Shown piece by piece: positions 9,602-19,580 of a stretch of DNA of 64,000 bases. The translations under genes were made by a program, and so were the position numbers. The stretch is taken from NCBI GenBank assembly GCA_965205485.1, contig OZ242180.1, positions 4,800,001-4,864,000 of the forward strand, read 5' to 3'. The DNA is from Candidatus Latescibacterota bacterium (GTDB lineage Bacteria; Latescibacterota; UBA2968; GCA-2709665). The stretch's first letter is position 1; the number at the start of each line of letters is the position of its first letter. The notes beneath the pieces are model-generated. The model made no database searches. It was not told where the DNA came from and saw only the letters and a program-made list of their open reading frames with translations.

Positions 9602-11368
9602 TCAACCCGTGTTGCCGCTGCCGGGCCTGGTATCCTGTCCGGCCATCCGCCGCCTCACGTCCGCGGTTTCTGTCATGTCCACATCAAGCGTACAGGGATC
9701 GATCACCACGCTGTACTGCTCCCGCGCCTGGTTCACCGAAACCTTATCGTTCCTGACGTCCCGCGCGACAGCGGCAGGATCGCGTTCCGTCGCATCGCCC
9801 CAGCCACCGCCGCCCGCCTGCCGGTGGTAGATCCGGTCGCCCGCCGACATCGACGTCGATATCATGGTCGGCAACTCCTCGCGGCCGTCTCGGCTGTAGA
9901 GAACATTGGTGGACCCCGTCGCCGGTTTACCGCCATAGAGGCCGTACGGCAGGTGGTCTCTCCGATCGGACCGGATCGCCAGGTGCGCCTCACCCGAGAG
10001 CAGGGTCCACTCCCGATCGATCGCCATTCCTCCCCGAAAACGTCCCGCGCCCCCGCTGTCGCAAACCAGCCCGTACCGGTCGATTCTCACCGGATATTCG
10101 CATTCCGCCTGTTCAACGGGAATGTTGCTGGCCACGTTTGCCGGATTGCAAAGCCCGTCGTTTCCGTCCCGGTCCGGACGGGCGCCCCAGGTCCCGGAGA
10201 GCAGCTCATAGTAAACATAGTGCGACCTGTCCTCTCGCTGGCCGCCGATGATCACCAGCGTATTGCCCCCCTCGCCCGCGGCCAGCACACGGTCGGGCAG
10301 CAGCCCGGACAGCGCGCCGAACACCACGTCCGTCATCCGGAACCCCGTCACGCCGCGCATCGACGACGCGCCCGGCATCCGTACGTTCACGAGCGTCCCC
10401 TCGGGCGCGATGATCTCCAGCGGCCTGAACAACCCTTCGGTATTCGGAATGTCCTCCCTCATCACGGCGCGCACGCACAGGGCAACCACGGCCGCCGTGA
10501 ACGAGAGCGTACTGTTGACGGCCCCGCGCACCTGGGGGTCCGTCCCCATGAAATCGGCCGTCAGCGAGTCTCCCCGCACGGTAATCTTCACCCGGATTCG
10601 CACCCGGGGTCCGCCCACGCCGTCGCTGTCCAGATAGTCCGTAAAGGAATGCGATCCATCGGGCCACGACGCAATCTCCGAACGTACCAGCCGTTCCGTG
10701 TAGTCGATCAGGTCCTGCGAGCCCGCCTGGAACGTCTCGTGCCCGTACCGTTCAATCAGCGAATGCACCGCCCGCTCGCCGATGTGGCAGGCCGCCAGTT
10801 GCGCCCTGATGTCCCCGATCGTCATCTGGGGCACCCGCACATTCGACCGGATCAGGGAGAAGATGGACTCGTCCGGCTCGCCGCGGCGATACAGCTTCAG
10901 CCACGGAATCCGGATGCCTTCCTGAAAGATCTCCGTGTTATCGCAGGCGGAACTGCCGGGCAGGCGTCCGCCCAGGTCCAGGTGGTGCGCCGTACTCACC
11001 GCAAAGGCCGCCCGCCGCCCCTTCCAGAAGATCGGCTGCACAATAAAAATATCCGGAATGTGCATTCCGCCGTCGAAGGGATCGTTCAGGATAAACACGT
11101 CCCCGGGGTCGATCTCATCGCCGAAGCGCTCGAACAGCGCGGCCATCGCATACGGGACCGATCCCAGATGCAGCGGTATCGTCACGCCCTGTGCGATCAT
11201 CTGCCCCTCCGCGTTGCACAGCGACGTGGAATAGTCAAGGCAGTCGCGCACGATGGTTGAATAGGCCGTGCGATAAAGCGCTGCGCTCATTTCATCTGCG
11301 GCGGAGGCAAGCGCGTTTTGCATGATCTCGCGCGTTATGGGGTCAATCTGCTTCATCGTTCTCTGCAT
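9602..11368 (-). CDS. hyuB: Hydantoinase B / 5-oxoprolinase subunit B family
   Basis: IDPITREIM, LYRTAYSTIVRD, NDPFDGGMHIPD, EIFQEG, DSGGAGRFRGG and GGGGWGD motifs. Confidence 0.9.
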   Translation of the reverse strand: MQRTMKQIDPITREIMQNALASAADEMSAALYRTAYSTIVRDCLDYSTSLCNAEGQMIAQGVTIPLHLGSVPYAMAALFERFGDEIDPGDVFILNDPFDGGMHIPDIFIVQPIFWKGRRAAFAVSTAHHLDLGGRLPGSSACDNTEIFQEGIRIPWLKLYRRGEPDESIFSLIRSNVRVPQMTIGDIRAQLAACHIGERAVHSLIERYGHETFQAGSQDLIDYTERLVRSEIASWPDGSHSFTDYLDSDGVGGPRVRIRVKITVRGDSLTADFMGTDPQVRGAVNSTLSFTAAVVALCVRAVMREDIPNTEGLFRPLEIIAPEGTLVNVRMPGASSMRGVTGFRMTDVVFGALSGLLPDRVLAAGEGGNTLVIIGGQREDRSHYVYYELLSGTWGARPDRDGNDGLCNPANVASNIPVEQAECEYPVRIDRYGLVCDSGGAGRFRGGMAIDREWTLLSGEAHLAIRSDRRDHLPYGLYGGKPATGSTNVLYSRDGREELPTMISTSMSAGDRIYHRQAGGGGWGDATERDPAAVARDVRNDKVSVNQAREQYSVVIDPCTLDVDMTETADVRRRMAGQDTRPGSGNTG

Positions 11369-11389
11369 CTCCTCTGCCGCGGAGCATTT

Positions 11390-13483
11390 CTACGACCCTG
11401 TCCTGTTCAGAACCACGAAGTCCTGCCGGTCCCGATTTACGCGGACCCCCGGCGGCACCACGATCGTGGAATCGTATTCGTCGATCAACAGGGGACCAAG
11501 CCGGGGCCCGGTCAGCTCCGTGCGGTCGATAACGGGTGTCTCCACCATGCCCCGCTTCTTTCCAAAGTACGCCGGACGCGAGGGCATCTCTCGCACGCGC
11601 CGCCGGTCAGCGCGCATTCGCCCCCCCGTTTTGCGGTGACCGGTGCTACCGATCAGACGGACGGCGACCACCTCAACCGGATTTTCGGGGTCCGACGTAT
11701 GCCCGTAAAGCTGCCGGTGCTCGCGTTCGAACGCTCGACCCAAGCTCTCTATCGCAGCCTCCGACGCCGGCGACTCGGGCATTGGGATCCGGATTTCCGA
11801 TGCCTGGCCTCTGAAGCGCACGTCGACACTTTGGGCAAACGCTACCCTTTCAGCCGAATAACCCTCCGCCCGGAACCGGGAGAGCATCTTTCGTTTCAGG
11901 TCCGACTGGATGCCGCCCAGCGTTTCCGCGGTCAGTCCGTCGCCGGAAAGCAGACAACTGTAGACTTCGTGATGTTCCACGCCGGAGAACAGAAGCCCAA
12001 GCGCGCTGAACAACCCGGGCAACGGAGGTACGATGACTCTGGGGCTCAGAAGTTCGCCGGCCAGCCCCGCGGCGTGAATCGGACCGGAACCTCCGAATGC
12101 GATCAGGGAGAACGACCTGGGATCACGGCCCCGCTCCGTGGACACGGACCGGAGCGCCCGCATGCACCGGGCATTGGCAATCCGGTGTATGCCCTCGGCC
12201 GCTTCGAGCAGATCCAGACCCAGAGGGGTCGCGATCCGGTCGTGGACGATCCTTCTCGCGGCCTCCGGGTCGACGGAGACCTCTCCGTCCGCCAGTTCCC
12301 CCGGCCGGATATACCCCAGCACGACATTGGCGTCCGTAACGGTGGGCTCGTTTCCTCCCCGGCGGTAACAGGCGGGACCGGGTACGGCTCCCGCGCTTCG
12401 GGGTCCGACCCGCAATCCGCCCGCCCCGTCCAGCCAGGCGATGCTGCCGCCACCGGATCCCACCTCCGCGATGTCGATACTGGGCGCGCGAATCAATTCG
12501 CCGCCCCCGCCCACCAACCTGTTTCCGGCCGACACGGATGCGCCGACCTCGTATTCCGGGCTGTAGGAAATCTCGCCGTCTTCGACAATGGACGCCTTGG
12601 CCGTGGTTCCTCCCATATCGAACGTGATGAGATCGTCGATACCCAGTTGTTCCCCCGCGGAACGGGCCGCAAAAACCCCGGCCGCGGGTCCGGACTCGAG
12701 AACGTACACCGGTCGCCGCGCCGCGTCGGCCTCGGGGGTCAGGCCCCCCGCGGACTGCATGATCAGCACGGGCGCGATAATGCCCCGATCCGTCAGACCG
12801 TCCCGCATCGCCCTGAGATAACGCTGCATGACGGGACGCACGTACGCATTCAGCACGGTCGTGGCCGTGCGCTCGTACTCCCGCCGTTCGGGCAGAATCT
12901 CGGTCGAGAGGGATACAGGCAAGTCCGGAAATGCGCCCTGGAGGAACTCGCCGATCGCGTGTTCGTGGCGTGGATATGCGTAAGAGTGAAGCGTGCAGAC
13001 CGCGATCGACTCTACCTGCTCCTGTACCAATACGTCCTTGACCGCCTCGAGGTCCGCAAAGTCCAGCGGCGCCAGCACGTCACCGTCGGCGGCGATGCGC
13101 TCCTTCACTTCCAGCCTCAGATGCCGCTCCACGATGGGTTCGGGCTTGTCGAAGAACAGATCGTACATCTGCGGCGCCCTGACGCGCCGCAATTCCAGCA
13201 CGTCGCGAAATCCGCGCGTGGTAACAAGCGCGGTCCTGGCGCCCCGGCGTTCAAGGACGGCGTTGGTCGCCACGGTGGTCCCATGCGAGACGTCTCCGAT
13301 CGATTCGCCTGTTACGCCGGACTCCCGCAGCAGGCGGCCGATCGCGTCCAGTACAGCACGTTCGAAATCGGGCGGGGTAGAGGGGATCTTATGCGTCCAT
13401 ATTTTCCCGGATACGTCCATGAGGATGACGTCCGTGAACGTTCCACCGACGTCTGCACCGATTCGAAACGATGGTTCATTCAT
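11390..13483 (-). CDS. hyuA: Hydantoinase A / 5-oxoprolinase subunit A family (ATP-binding)
   Basis: GADVGGTFTD, HGTTVATNA, SGPAAG, DMGGTT, GSGGGSIA and GPRSAGAVPGPACY motifs. Confidence 0.92.
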   Translation of the reverse strand: MNEPSFRIGADVGGTFTDVILMDVSGKIWTHKIPSTPPDFERAVLDAIGRLLRESGVTGESIGDVSHGTTVATNAVLERRGARTALVTTRGFRDVLELRRVRAPQMYDLFFDKPEPIVERHLRLEVKERIAADGDVLAPLDFADLEAVKDVLVQEQVESIAVCTLHSYAYPRHEHAIGEFLQGAFPDLPVSLSTEILPERREYERTATTVLNAYVRPVMQRYLRAMRDGLTDRGIIAPVLIMQSAGGLTPEADAARRPVYVLESGPAAGVFAARSAGEQLGIDDLITFDMGGTTAKASIVEDGEISYSPEYEVGASVSAGNRLVGGGGELIRAPSIDIAEVGSGGGSIAWLDGAGGLRVGPRSAGAVPGPACYRRGGNEPTVTDANVVLGYIRPGELADGEVSVDPEAARRIVHDRIATPLGLDLLEAAEGIHRIANARCMRALRSVSTERGRDPRSFSLIAFGGSGPIHAAGLAGELLSPRVIVPPLPGLFSALGLLFSGVEHHEVYSCLLSGDGLTAETLGGIQSDLKRKMLSRFRAEGYSAERVAFAQSVDVRFRGQASEIRIPMPESPASEAAIESLGRAFEREHRQLYGHTSDPENPVEVVAVRLIGSTGHRKTGGRMRADRRRVREMPSRPAYFGKKRGMVETPVIDRTELTGPRLGPLLIDEYDSTIVVPPGVRVNRDRQDFVVLNRTGS

Positions 13484-15147
13484 TCGGGAATCACCGGCAA
13501 ACGCAGATATGAAGCATATTGTCCACTGTGATAAACCGTCTGGCGGGCGACCTTCATTTCATCGTCCAGACCGGGTGTATTGCCCGTATTCAGATTCCGG
13601 TCGAAACGGGGGAAGTTGCTGCTGGAGACCTCCAGTCTGATCCGATGGCCTGCTTTGAACACATTGCTGGTCTCCCAGAGGACGATCCTGTATTCCACCA
13701 CCTCCCCCGGACGGACGAGATCCGGCCTGCGAAAGGACTCGCGGAATCGCGCCCGCACGATGCCCTCCGTTATATGGATCGCCCTGCCATCGGGATGCAC
13801 GTCGACCAGAGTCGCCGTAAAGTCCGTATCCTTCGAATCCGATGCGGCAAACAGCGTGAGCGCCACCGGGCCTGTTACCTCCACGTCCGACACCAGTGTT
13901 TCCGTCGTGTATACCAGCACGTCTTCACGGCATTCCACACCCCGCCGGTCGCGGGGACCCGTGTTGGCGGGTGACAGACTCTGCCCGCCCTCCGTGGGCA
14001 CCGGATCACCGGGATCGTAGTCGAAGCGGTCCGCGGGCTCGTCTCCCGGCGCCTCGAGGCTGAGTTCACCGTCGCCCCGAAGCGAATTGGCACAGCCACC
14101 GCCGCGGAGATAGTACGCCGTGTAATTCGTTCGTGCCAGCGGCCACTCGTTTTCCCATCGCCACGCGTTCCTGCCCATCACGAAAATCCGGATGGGCGGT
14201 TCCTCGTCGATTCCCGTATCGATCCCGCGCAACCGCTTGTCGTACCACCGCAGATGTTCACCGGGAATATCCACCTCCGCATTCGATCCGAAGTCGATGT
14301 CTCCGAAGGGCTCGGCGCTCCCGATCTGCGAGTGCGTCCAGGGCCCGACCATCAGACGGGTCAGTTGCCGGGTACGGGCGTCTCCGGCTTCCGTGCGCCA
14401 GCCGCGAAAACACTTGAAACCCTCGTGGACCAGATTATCGTACCATCCCGACACGAAATAGGCCGGCGTATTCACTTCCCCGTACCGGCCTTTCATGCTG
14501 TACGAGGACCAGAATGCGTCGAATTCGTTGTGCCGGACCATCTCCCTGAAGAACGGCCGGTCCGCGATGCCGTCCATCGCCGAGACCAGCGGCAGCCGGC
14601 GGTAGATCCGGTCCCAGTCCAGCAGGTCCCGCGGCGCGTGCTGTCTGGTCCGCCCGCCCAGCCAGATCCAGTTCATCGCATTCTGCAGCTGGAGCACGCC
14701 GTTATAGCGCAGGTGCCCGTAGTTGTCCTCCTGGTTCGCAATGGGCATCAGCCCCTTCACGAAGGGACTCCGGAACGGGGCCGGAAGAATCTGTGTGAAA
14801 CCCGGATAGGAAATCCCGAACATCCCGATGTTGCCGTCGCACCACGCCTGCGCCCCGATCCACTGCTGCGTGTCGTATCCATCCTGCGCCTCGTCCACGT
14901 ACGCCCGCCACTCGCCTTCGGACTCGTAGCGCCCGCGGCTGTCCACCATCACAGCCGCGTATCCCGACGCGGCGAAACGCACGGCCCATTCCACGTACCT
15001 GGGGTGCTGTGTGCTGTATGGCGACCGGATCAGCAGTACCGGAAACCGCTCTCCGCGCGGCGGGAGGTATGCCGCGCCGTAGAGCTTCACCCCGTCTCTC
15101 ATCGGGATTCTGTGGTCGAGTTGAATTCGAACAGCCGTATCCGACAT
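13480..15147 (-). CDS. CocE/NonD family hydrolase
   Basis: IPMRDGVKL, RSPY, DSRGRYESEG, GISYPG nucleophile elbow, GWYD, GPWTH, SSSNFPRFDRN. Confidence 0.92.
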   Translation of the reverse strand: MSDTAVRIQLDHRIPMRDGVKLYGAAYLPPRGERFPVLLIRSPYSTQHPRYVEWAVRFAASGYAAVMVDSRGRYESEGEWRAYVDEAQDGYDTQQWIGAQAWCDGNIGMFGISYPGFTQILPAPFRSPFVKGLMPIANQEDNYGHLRYNGVLQLQNAMNWIWLGGRTRQHAPRDLLDWDRIYRRLPLVSAMDGIADRPFFREMVRHNEFDAFWSSYSMKGRYGEVNTPAYFVSGWYDNLVHEGFKCFRGWRTEAGDARTRQLTRLMVGPWTHSQIGSAEPFGDIDFGSNAEVDIPGEHLRWYDKRLRGIDTGIDEEPPIRIFVMGRNAWRWENEWPLARTNYTAYYLRGGGCANSLRGDGELSLEAPGDEPADRFDYDPGDPVPTEGGQSLSPANTGPRDRRGVECREDVLVYTTETLVSDVEVTGPVALTLFAASDSKDTDFTATLVDVHPDGRAIHITEGIVRARFRESFRRPDLVRPGEVVEYRIVLWETSNVFKAGHRIRLEVSSSNFPRFDRNLNTGNTPGLDDEMKVARQTVYHSGQYASYLRLPVIPE

Positions 15148-15206
15148 AGGTGGTACCCGGTTTGAAGTTGGCGAAATTGATGCCGCCGAATCCTGACACA
15201 CGCGCG

Positions 15207-16577
15207 TTACGTCGCCAGCCTGTTCAATACATTGCGCGTGATCGTAGCCACCGCGCTTCCGTCCCGGTACAACCCATGGGCCCATTCGATCGTGGCGGCG
15301 TTGAAGACCGTACCCTCGAACTCAGTCTCGTTGACGGCCACGGTCCCGTAGCAGGGGGCAACGCCCTCGTTCCCCCCTTCCTTGACCAGCCGGTGGCCTT
15401 CGGGGACCATACAATCGGCAATGGCCACGATCCGATATTCAGACGACACGCCGTCGGCGCCCGTGTAACGCGGCCGACCGTTCTCGAATATCAGGTCCGC
15501 CGCATCCGCTTCCACGCCGACGATCGAGTCCTCCCGTCCGAATTCGTCCCCCTCGGCGAGTCCTGTACCTTCGAACACCCAGTGGTCCGGATCGCACACG
15601 CGATAATAGCCCCAATCTCCGGTCGTCGGCGCCAGAAACACATTCGGATCGGGCGTCTTCGTATGGACGAACGAGGTGTAGAAGACGCCTATTGTCCGCT
15701 GCCGCAAATCATCGATATAGCTGAGAAACGACGTATCCGGACGCTCGGACGTCGGATGATCGTGATAATGGGGCTTCGCGCAATAGATCTGCCTCCCATC
15801 GTTTCTCAACTCGATCTCCTGGCAGAAGCAGTTCCCCCCGAACAGAACGAGATTGCCGCCGTTCTGAACGAATCTGTGCAGTTGTTCGCACTCGTTCCGG
15901 CTGTTGTACTCATCGTGACAGAAGCGTACGTTAGCCCGGTAGCCGTTCAGAATATCGGGTTCCGCGTCGTGGTCGCCGTTTACACAATAGTCGGCGCCAT
16001 ACCCCTCGGCATCCAGCCAGGACGTGAAGAACTGGTCCCAGATGTAGAAGTTGCCCAGGCATTCCATCTGCAGCGGGCGTTCGAAACTCAGCAGCTTGGC
16101 GTGTTGCCGATCGGTGGAAATGTAGTCGTAGAAGCACTTGCCGCCCACGTTGTTGTATGCCTGGTAGGTATTCGTGGCAACCGTCAGCAACATCGGCGAT
16201 TGCGGCGACCCGGGCCTTACCACGAAAAATATCTCCCGCAACCCCTGTCCGGTGGGGAATGTTGCAATATAGATTCCGCTCTTCCACGTATCCGGAACCA
16301 CGAACGTCGCCGCCGGCTCCCACCCGTATCCATCCTGATAGCCCAGTTCCGGGACCTCCTGAAGCGTACCGCGCAGGCCCTCGATCGTCTTGACGAGTTC
16401 CCGTCTTGCGCCTTCCCGGAAGATGAAGATTTCGTAATAGGACCTGGAGTTCGAAATGTGAAACGTGATCTCCTCGCCCGGCTTCACGCTCTGGAGATTG
16501 GCATAGCCGCCCTCCATCAACTTCCAGTTGATCGTCGCGTCCCACTCATGATGGGCCCAGATGTGTTCTCTTTTCAT
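15207..16577 (-). CDS. N,N-dimethylformamidase beta-subunit family domain protein
   Basis: TNTYQAYNNVGGKCFY, SFERP, HDEY, GGNLVLFGGN, ITRNVLNRL. Confidence 0.8.
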   Translation of the reverse strand: MKREHIWAHHEWDATINWKLMEGGYANLQSVKPGEEITFHISNSRSYYEIFIFREGARRELVKTIEGLRGTLQEVPELGYQDGYGWEPAATFVVPDTWKSGIYIATFPTGQGLREIFFVVRPGSPQSPMLLTVATNTYQAYNNVGGKCFYDYISTDRQHAKLLSFERPLQMECLGNFYIWDQFFTSWLDAEGYGADYCVNGDHDAEPDILNGYRANVRFCHDEYNSRNECEQLHRFVQNGGNLVLFGGNCFCQEIELRNDGRQIYCAKPHYHDHPTSERPDTSFLSYIDDLRQRTIGVFYTSFVHTKTPDPNVFLAPTTGDWGYYRVCDPDHWVFEGTGLAEGDEFGREDSIVGVEADAADLIFENGRPRYTGADGVSSEYRIVAIADCMVPEGHRLVKEGGNEGVAPCYGTVAVNETEFEGTVFNAATIEWAHGLYRDGSAVATITRNVLNRLAT

Positions 16578-16736
16578 CTTTCAGGCCGCCTTTCCATATG
16601 TGGTTTGTGTACCGGAAACCCGCCTCGCCTGCAGAGCGACTCTATCAGCGGACTGTTGTCCTTGACACCGGTGTTCATTCCTGGCCATATTGCATTTGGA
16701 AAATGGCTCGGAAACAGACAAGCTGAAAGGTCCCGT

Positions 16737-17522
16737 ATGAAGACCATCCAACTGGACGTCCGTTACTATCACCTCACACGGAGAGCAAGCGTAACCGAAG
16801 GTGAATTCCACCTCCGGACCCTGCGGCGCGACTATCCGGCGGACAGGATCGCGCTGGTACTCGTAGACGTGTGGAGCGAACACTATGTAAGCACGCACCT
16901 GCAGCGCGGGAGAGAGATCACCCTCGAACGCATCATTCCCGTTGCCGAAGCCTTCCGGTCGGTGGGCGCCGCCGTGATCCACGCGCCCAGCCCCGACTGC
17001 GCCAAACGCTACGAGGCGTGGACCCGTTTCGCGGGCGACGAGGAAGTCTTCGGAGGTTCGTCTCCTGCACCCGACGACTGGCCGCCCGCGGAATTCCGGT
17101 CAAGAACTGGGGAATACGAAGCGTGGGCGCAGCCGAAGGACCCTCACGATCAGGTCTTCGAGGACACCATCAGGAACCGCCGCATCATTCCCGAGGCCGA
17201 ACCCCGCGACGGCGACGACGTTGTCGTAACCGGCGGCCAGCTGCACCGCCTCCTGAAACACCGGGGCATCCTGCACCTGTTCTACGCAGGCTTCGCCGCC
17301 AACATGTGCGTACCGTTCAGGGACTACGGGATGAGGGCGATGAAGGACCGGGGCTACGACATCATCCTCGTCCGGGACTGCACGACGGCCATTGAAGTCG
17401 CGGATACATCCGAAAACCTGGAACTGTCCCGCGCGGCAGTCATCGACACGGAAGTCAATATCGGATACACAACGTCCCACGGCGACCTCGTTGCCGCCTG
17501 CCGACGGGCATTGAAGACGTAA
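16737..17522 (+). CDS. Isochorismatase-like cysteine hydrolase
   Basis: ALVLVDVW, IHAPS, YAGFAANMCV, LVRDCT; true start MKTIQL lies inside the longer track ORF; TTGACA-N18-CATATT upstream (16662-16691). Confidence 0.8.
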   Translation: MKTIQLDVRYYHLTRRASVTEGEFHLRTLRRDYPADRIALVLVDVWSEHYVSTHLQRGREITLERIIPVAEAFRSVGAAVIHAPSPDCAKRYEAWTRFAGDEEVFGGSSPAPDDWPPAEFRSRTGEYEAWAQPKDPHDQVFEDTIRNRRIIPEAEPRDGDDVVVTGGQLHRLLKHRGILHLFYAGFAANMCVPFRDYGMRAMKDRGYDIILVRDCTTAIEVADTSENLELSRAAVIDTEVNIGYTTSHGDLVAACRRALKT

Positions 17523-17567
17523 ACAGCCGGAAGGCGTGGGTTCTCACCAGTACGGTTCTCGGGCGAA

Positions 17568-18557
17568 TCACGTCTGTCCGAGAACGAAGCTCGCGGCCCG
17601 TCGTATCACTTCCACCCCGGATCCGGGCCTATGGGCGTTCTCGCTCAGATGACGGCGCCAGGCGCGGGCTCCCGGCATTCCGTGAAAGAGCCCCTGGATG
17701 TGCCGCGTCATGCCGACAAGCGGCATCCCCTGCCGCAGCTGATCCTCGACATAATCGCAGAAACGGCCCAGAATCTCCCCGCGGCCGGCCACGGCGCGCG
17801 AATCGCCGTAGAACATCTGGTCCATCGACGCCAGGAAGTAGGGGTTCTGATAGGCCTCGCGCCCGATCATGACCCCATCCACATATTCCAGGTGCCGGCG
17901 CACCTGCTCGCTGGTTGTGATTCCTCCATTGAGGACGACCGTCAGATCCGGGAAGTCCTGTTTCAACCGATACACCACGTCGTATCGCAGGGGCGGTATC
18001 TCCCGGTTCTTTTTCGGACTCAACCCCCGAAGCCAGGCCTTTCTGGCGTGAATCGCGAAGACCCGGCATCCGCCGTCGGAAACGGTCCGCACGAAATTGA
18101 CCAGGTCCTCGTACGAATCCCGGTCATCGATCCCGATCCTGGTCTTCACGGTGACCGGAATTTCAACGGCCTTGCGCATCGCCTCCACGCAACGGGCAAC
18201 CCGTTCCGGCTCCGCCATGAGGCACGCGCCGAAGCGACCGGCCTGTACCCGGTCGCTGGGGCAGCCCACGTTCAGATTGATTTCGTCGTATCCGAATTCC
18301 GCGCCGATCCGCGCGCAGCGCGCCAGCGATTCCGGATCGCTGCCGCCCAGCTGAAGCGCCACCGGATGCTCACGACGATGGTACGTCAGAAGTTGCTCCC
18401 GCGGACCGCGGAGGACGGCGTCCACGGCAATCATCTCGGTATACAGCAGGATGTGCCGGGAGAACAGCCTCAGGAAATACCGTTCGTGCCTGTCCGTCCA
18501 GTCCATCATCGGCGCAACCGACAGGCGTCTGTCGAGCGTCTCTTCCACCGGCAACAC
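17568..18557 (-). CDS. dusA: tRNA dihydrouridine(20/20a) synthase DusA
   Basis: SVAPMMDWTDRH, QLGGSDP, NLNVGCPSDRVQ, HARKAWL.GLSPK.NREIPPL. Confidence 0.93.
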   Translation of the reverse strand: MLPVEETLDRRLSVAPMMDWTDRHERYFLRLFSRHILLYTEMIAVDAVLRGPREQLLTYHRREHPVALQLGGSDPESLARCARIGAEFGYDEINLNVGCPSDRVQAGRFGACLMAEPERVARCVEAMRKAVEIPVTVKTRIGIDDRDSYEDLVNFVRTVSDGGCRVFAIHARKAWLRGLSPKKNREIPPLRYDVVYRLKQDFPDLTVVLNGGITTSEQVRRHLEYVDGVMIGREAYQNPYFLASMDQMFYGDSRAVAGRGEILGRFCDYVEDQLRQGMPLVGMTRHIQGLFHGMPGARAWRRHLSENAHRPGSGVEVIRRAASFVLGQT

Positions 18558-18621
18558 ACTCCATGAAGACCGCGCGGACCCCGCGCCTCAACAAACGTCC
18601 ATTCAAACGGAGACACCGACA

Positions 18622-19479
18622 ATGCACGTTGAACGCCTTCCGAACAACCCCATTATCCGCCCGCACATGGACTCCCGGATGGGCGCCAACATCAACGGAC
18701 CCTCGCTCGTCCGGACGCCCGACTGGCTGCCCAACGCCCTCGGAAAGTACTACCTCTATTTCGGCCACCATCAGGGCGAGTACATCCGCCTTGCCTGGTC
18801 GGACCGTCTCACCGGTCCGTGGACCACCTACGAACCGGGCGTGCTGCACCTGAACGACGCCTACACGACCGGCCATCTTGCCTCGCCGGACGTCCACGTG
18901 GACGACAGGAATCGTGAATTCAGAATGTACTATCACGGACCCGTGCCCGGCCGGGGCCAACAGTCCAAAGTCGCGCTATCAGCCGACGGGGTTCATTTTA
19001 CAGCACGGCCGGAAAACCTGGGCAATTCCTACTTCAGGGTCTTCAAATGGAAAAGTGCAACATACGCTCTGGGGATGCCCGGGACCTTCTATCGATCGCA
19101 GGATGGCCTGACGGAATTCCGGCAGGGTCCCGTGCTGTTCTCCGAAGACCAGCGCCACACCGCGTTGAAGCTGGACGGCAACACCCTCTTGGTCTTCTAT
19201 TCCAACGCCCACGACTGCCCCGAACGCATTCTGCTGTCCCGAGTCGAGTTGACGCCGCAATGGATGAACTGGCGTGCGTCGGAAGCCGAGGTCGTCCTCG
19301 AGCCGGAAGCCGATTACGAAGGCGCGGACCTTCCCCTGCAGCCCTCCCGCCGCGGATGGTCGCCCGAGCGGGTGCGGCAGCTTCGCGATCCGGGAATCTA
19401 CCGGGAGGGCGCCGACACCTATCTCCTCTACTCCGTGGCGGGTGAATCCGGAATCGCCATTGCAAAGATAACGGACTGA
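18622..19479 (+). CDS. Hypothetical beta-propeller glycosidase-like protein
   Basis: NNPII, INGPSL, YYLYFGHH, ASPDVH, RMYYHG, LRDPGIY, LLYSVAGESGIAIA. Confidence 0.7.
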   Translation: MHVERLPNNPIIRPHMDSRMGANINGPSLVRTPDWLPNALGKYYLYFGHHQGEYIRLAWSDRLTGPWTTYEPGVLHLNDAYTTGHLASPDVHVDDRNREFRMYYHGPVPGRGQQSKVALSADGVHFTARPENLGNSYFRVFKWKSATYALGMPGTFYRSQDGLTEFRQGPVLFSEDQRHTALKLDGNTLLVFYSNAHDCPERILLSRVELTPQWMNWRASEAEVVLEPEADYEGADLPLQPSRRGWSPERVRQLRDPGIYREGADTYLLYSVAGESGIAIAKITD

Positions 19480-19580
19480 CCGGCGGCGTGCCACGATAAA
19501 ACGAGCGGCGGGATTTCACGCCTTGTTCGCGCGGAACCCCGCCGCCGTATAGTAGATTTCCGGCATCGGTACCGGTTCAG

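Noticed and set aside
15150..16736. N-terminal ~530 aa of the 790-aa track ORF
   Set aside because: Antisense to the DMFase-like gene; the real gene starts at 16737 with its own promoter-like sequence
17568..18557. dusA as an integration hotspot for a genomic island
   Set aside because: Gene looks intact; no integrase or duplicated dusA fragment in the window
19505..19546. Hairpin containing CGCCTTG as a fourth MITE-core copy
   Set aside because: Lacks the partner GCGTT motif and TIRs; better explained as a terminator-like hairpin between convergent genes
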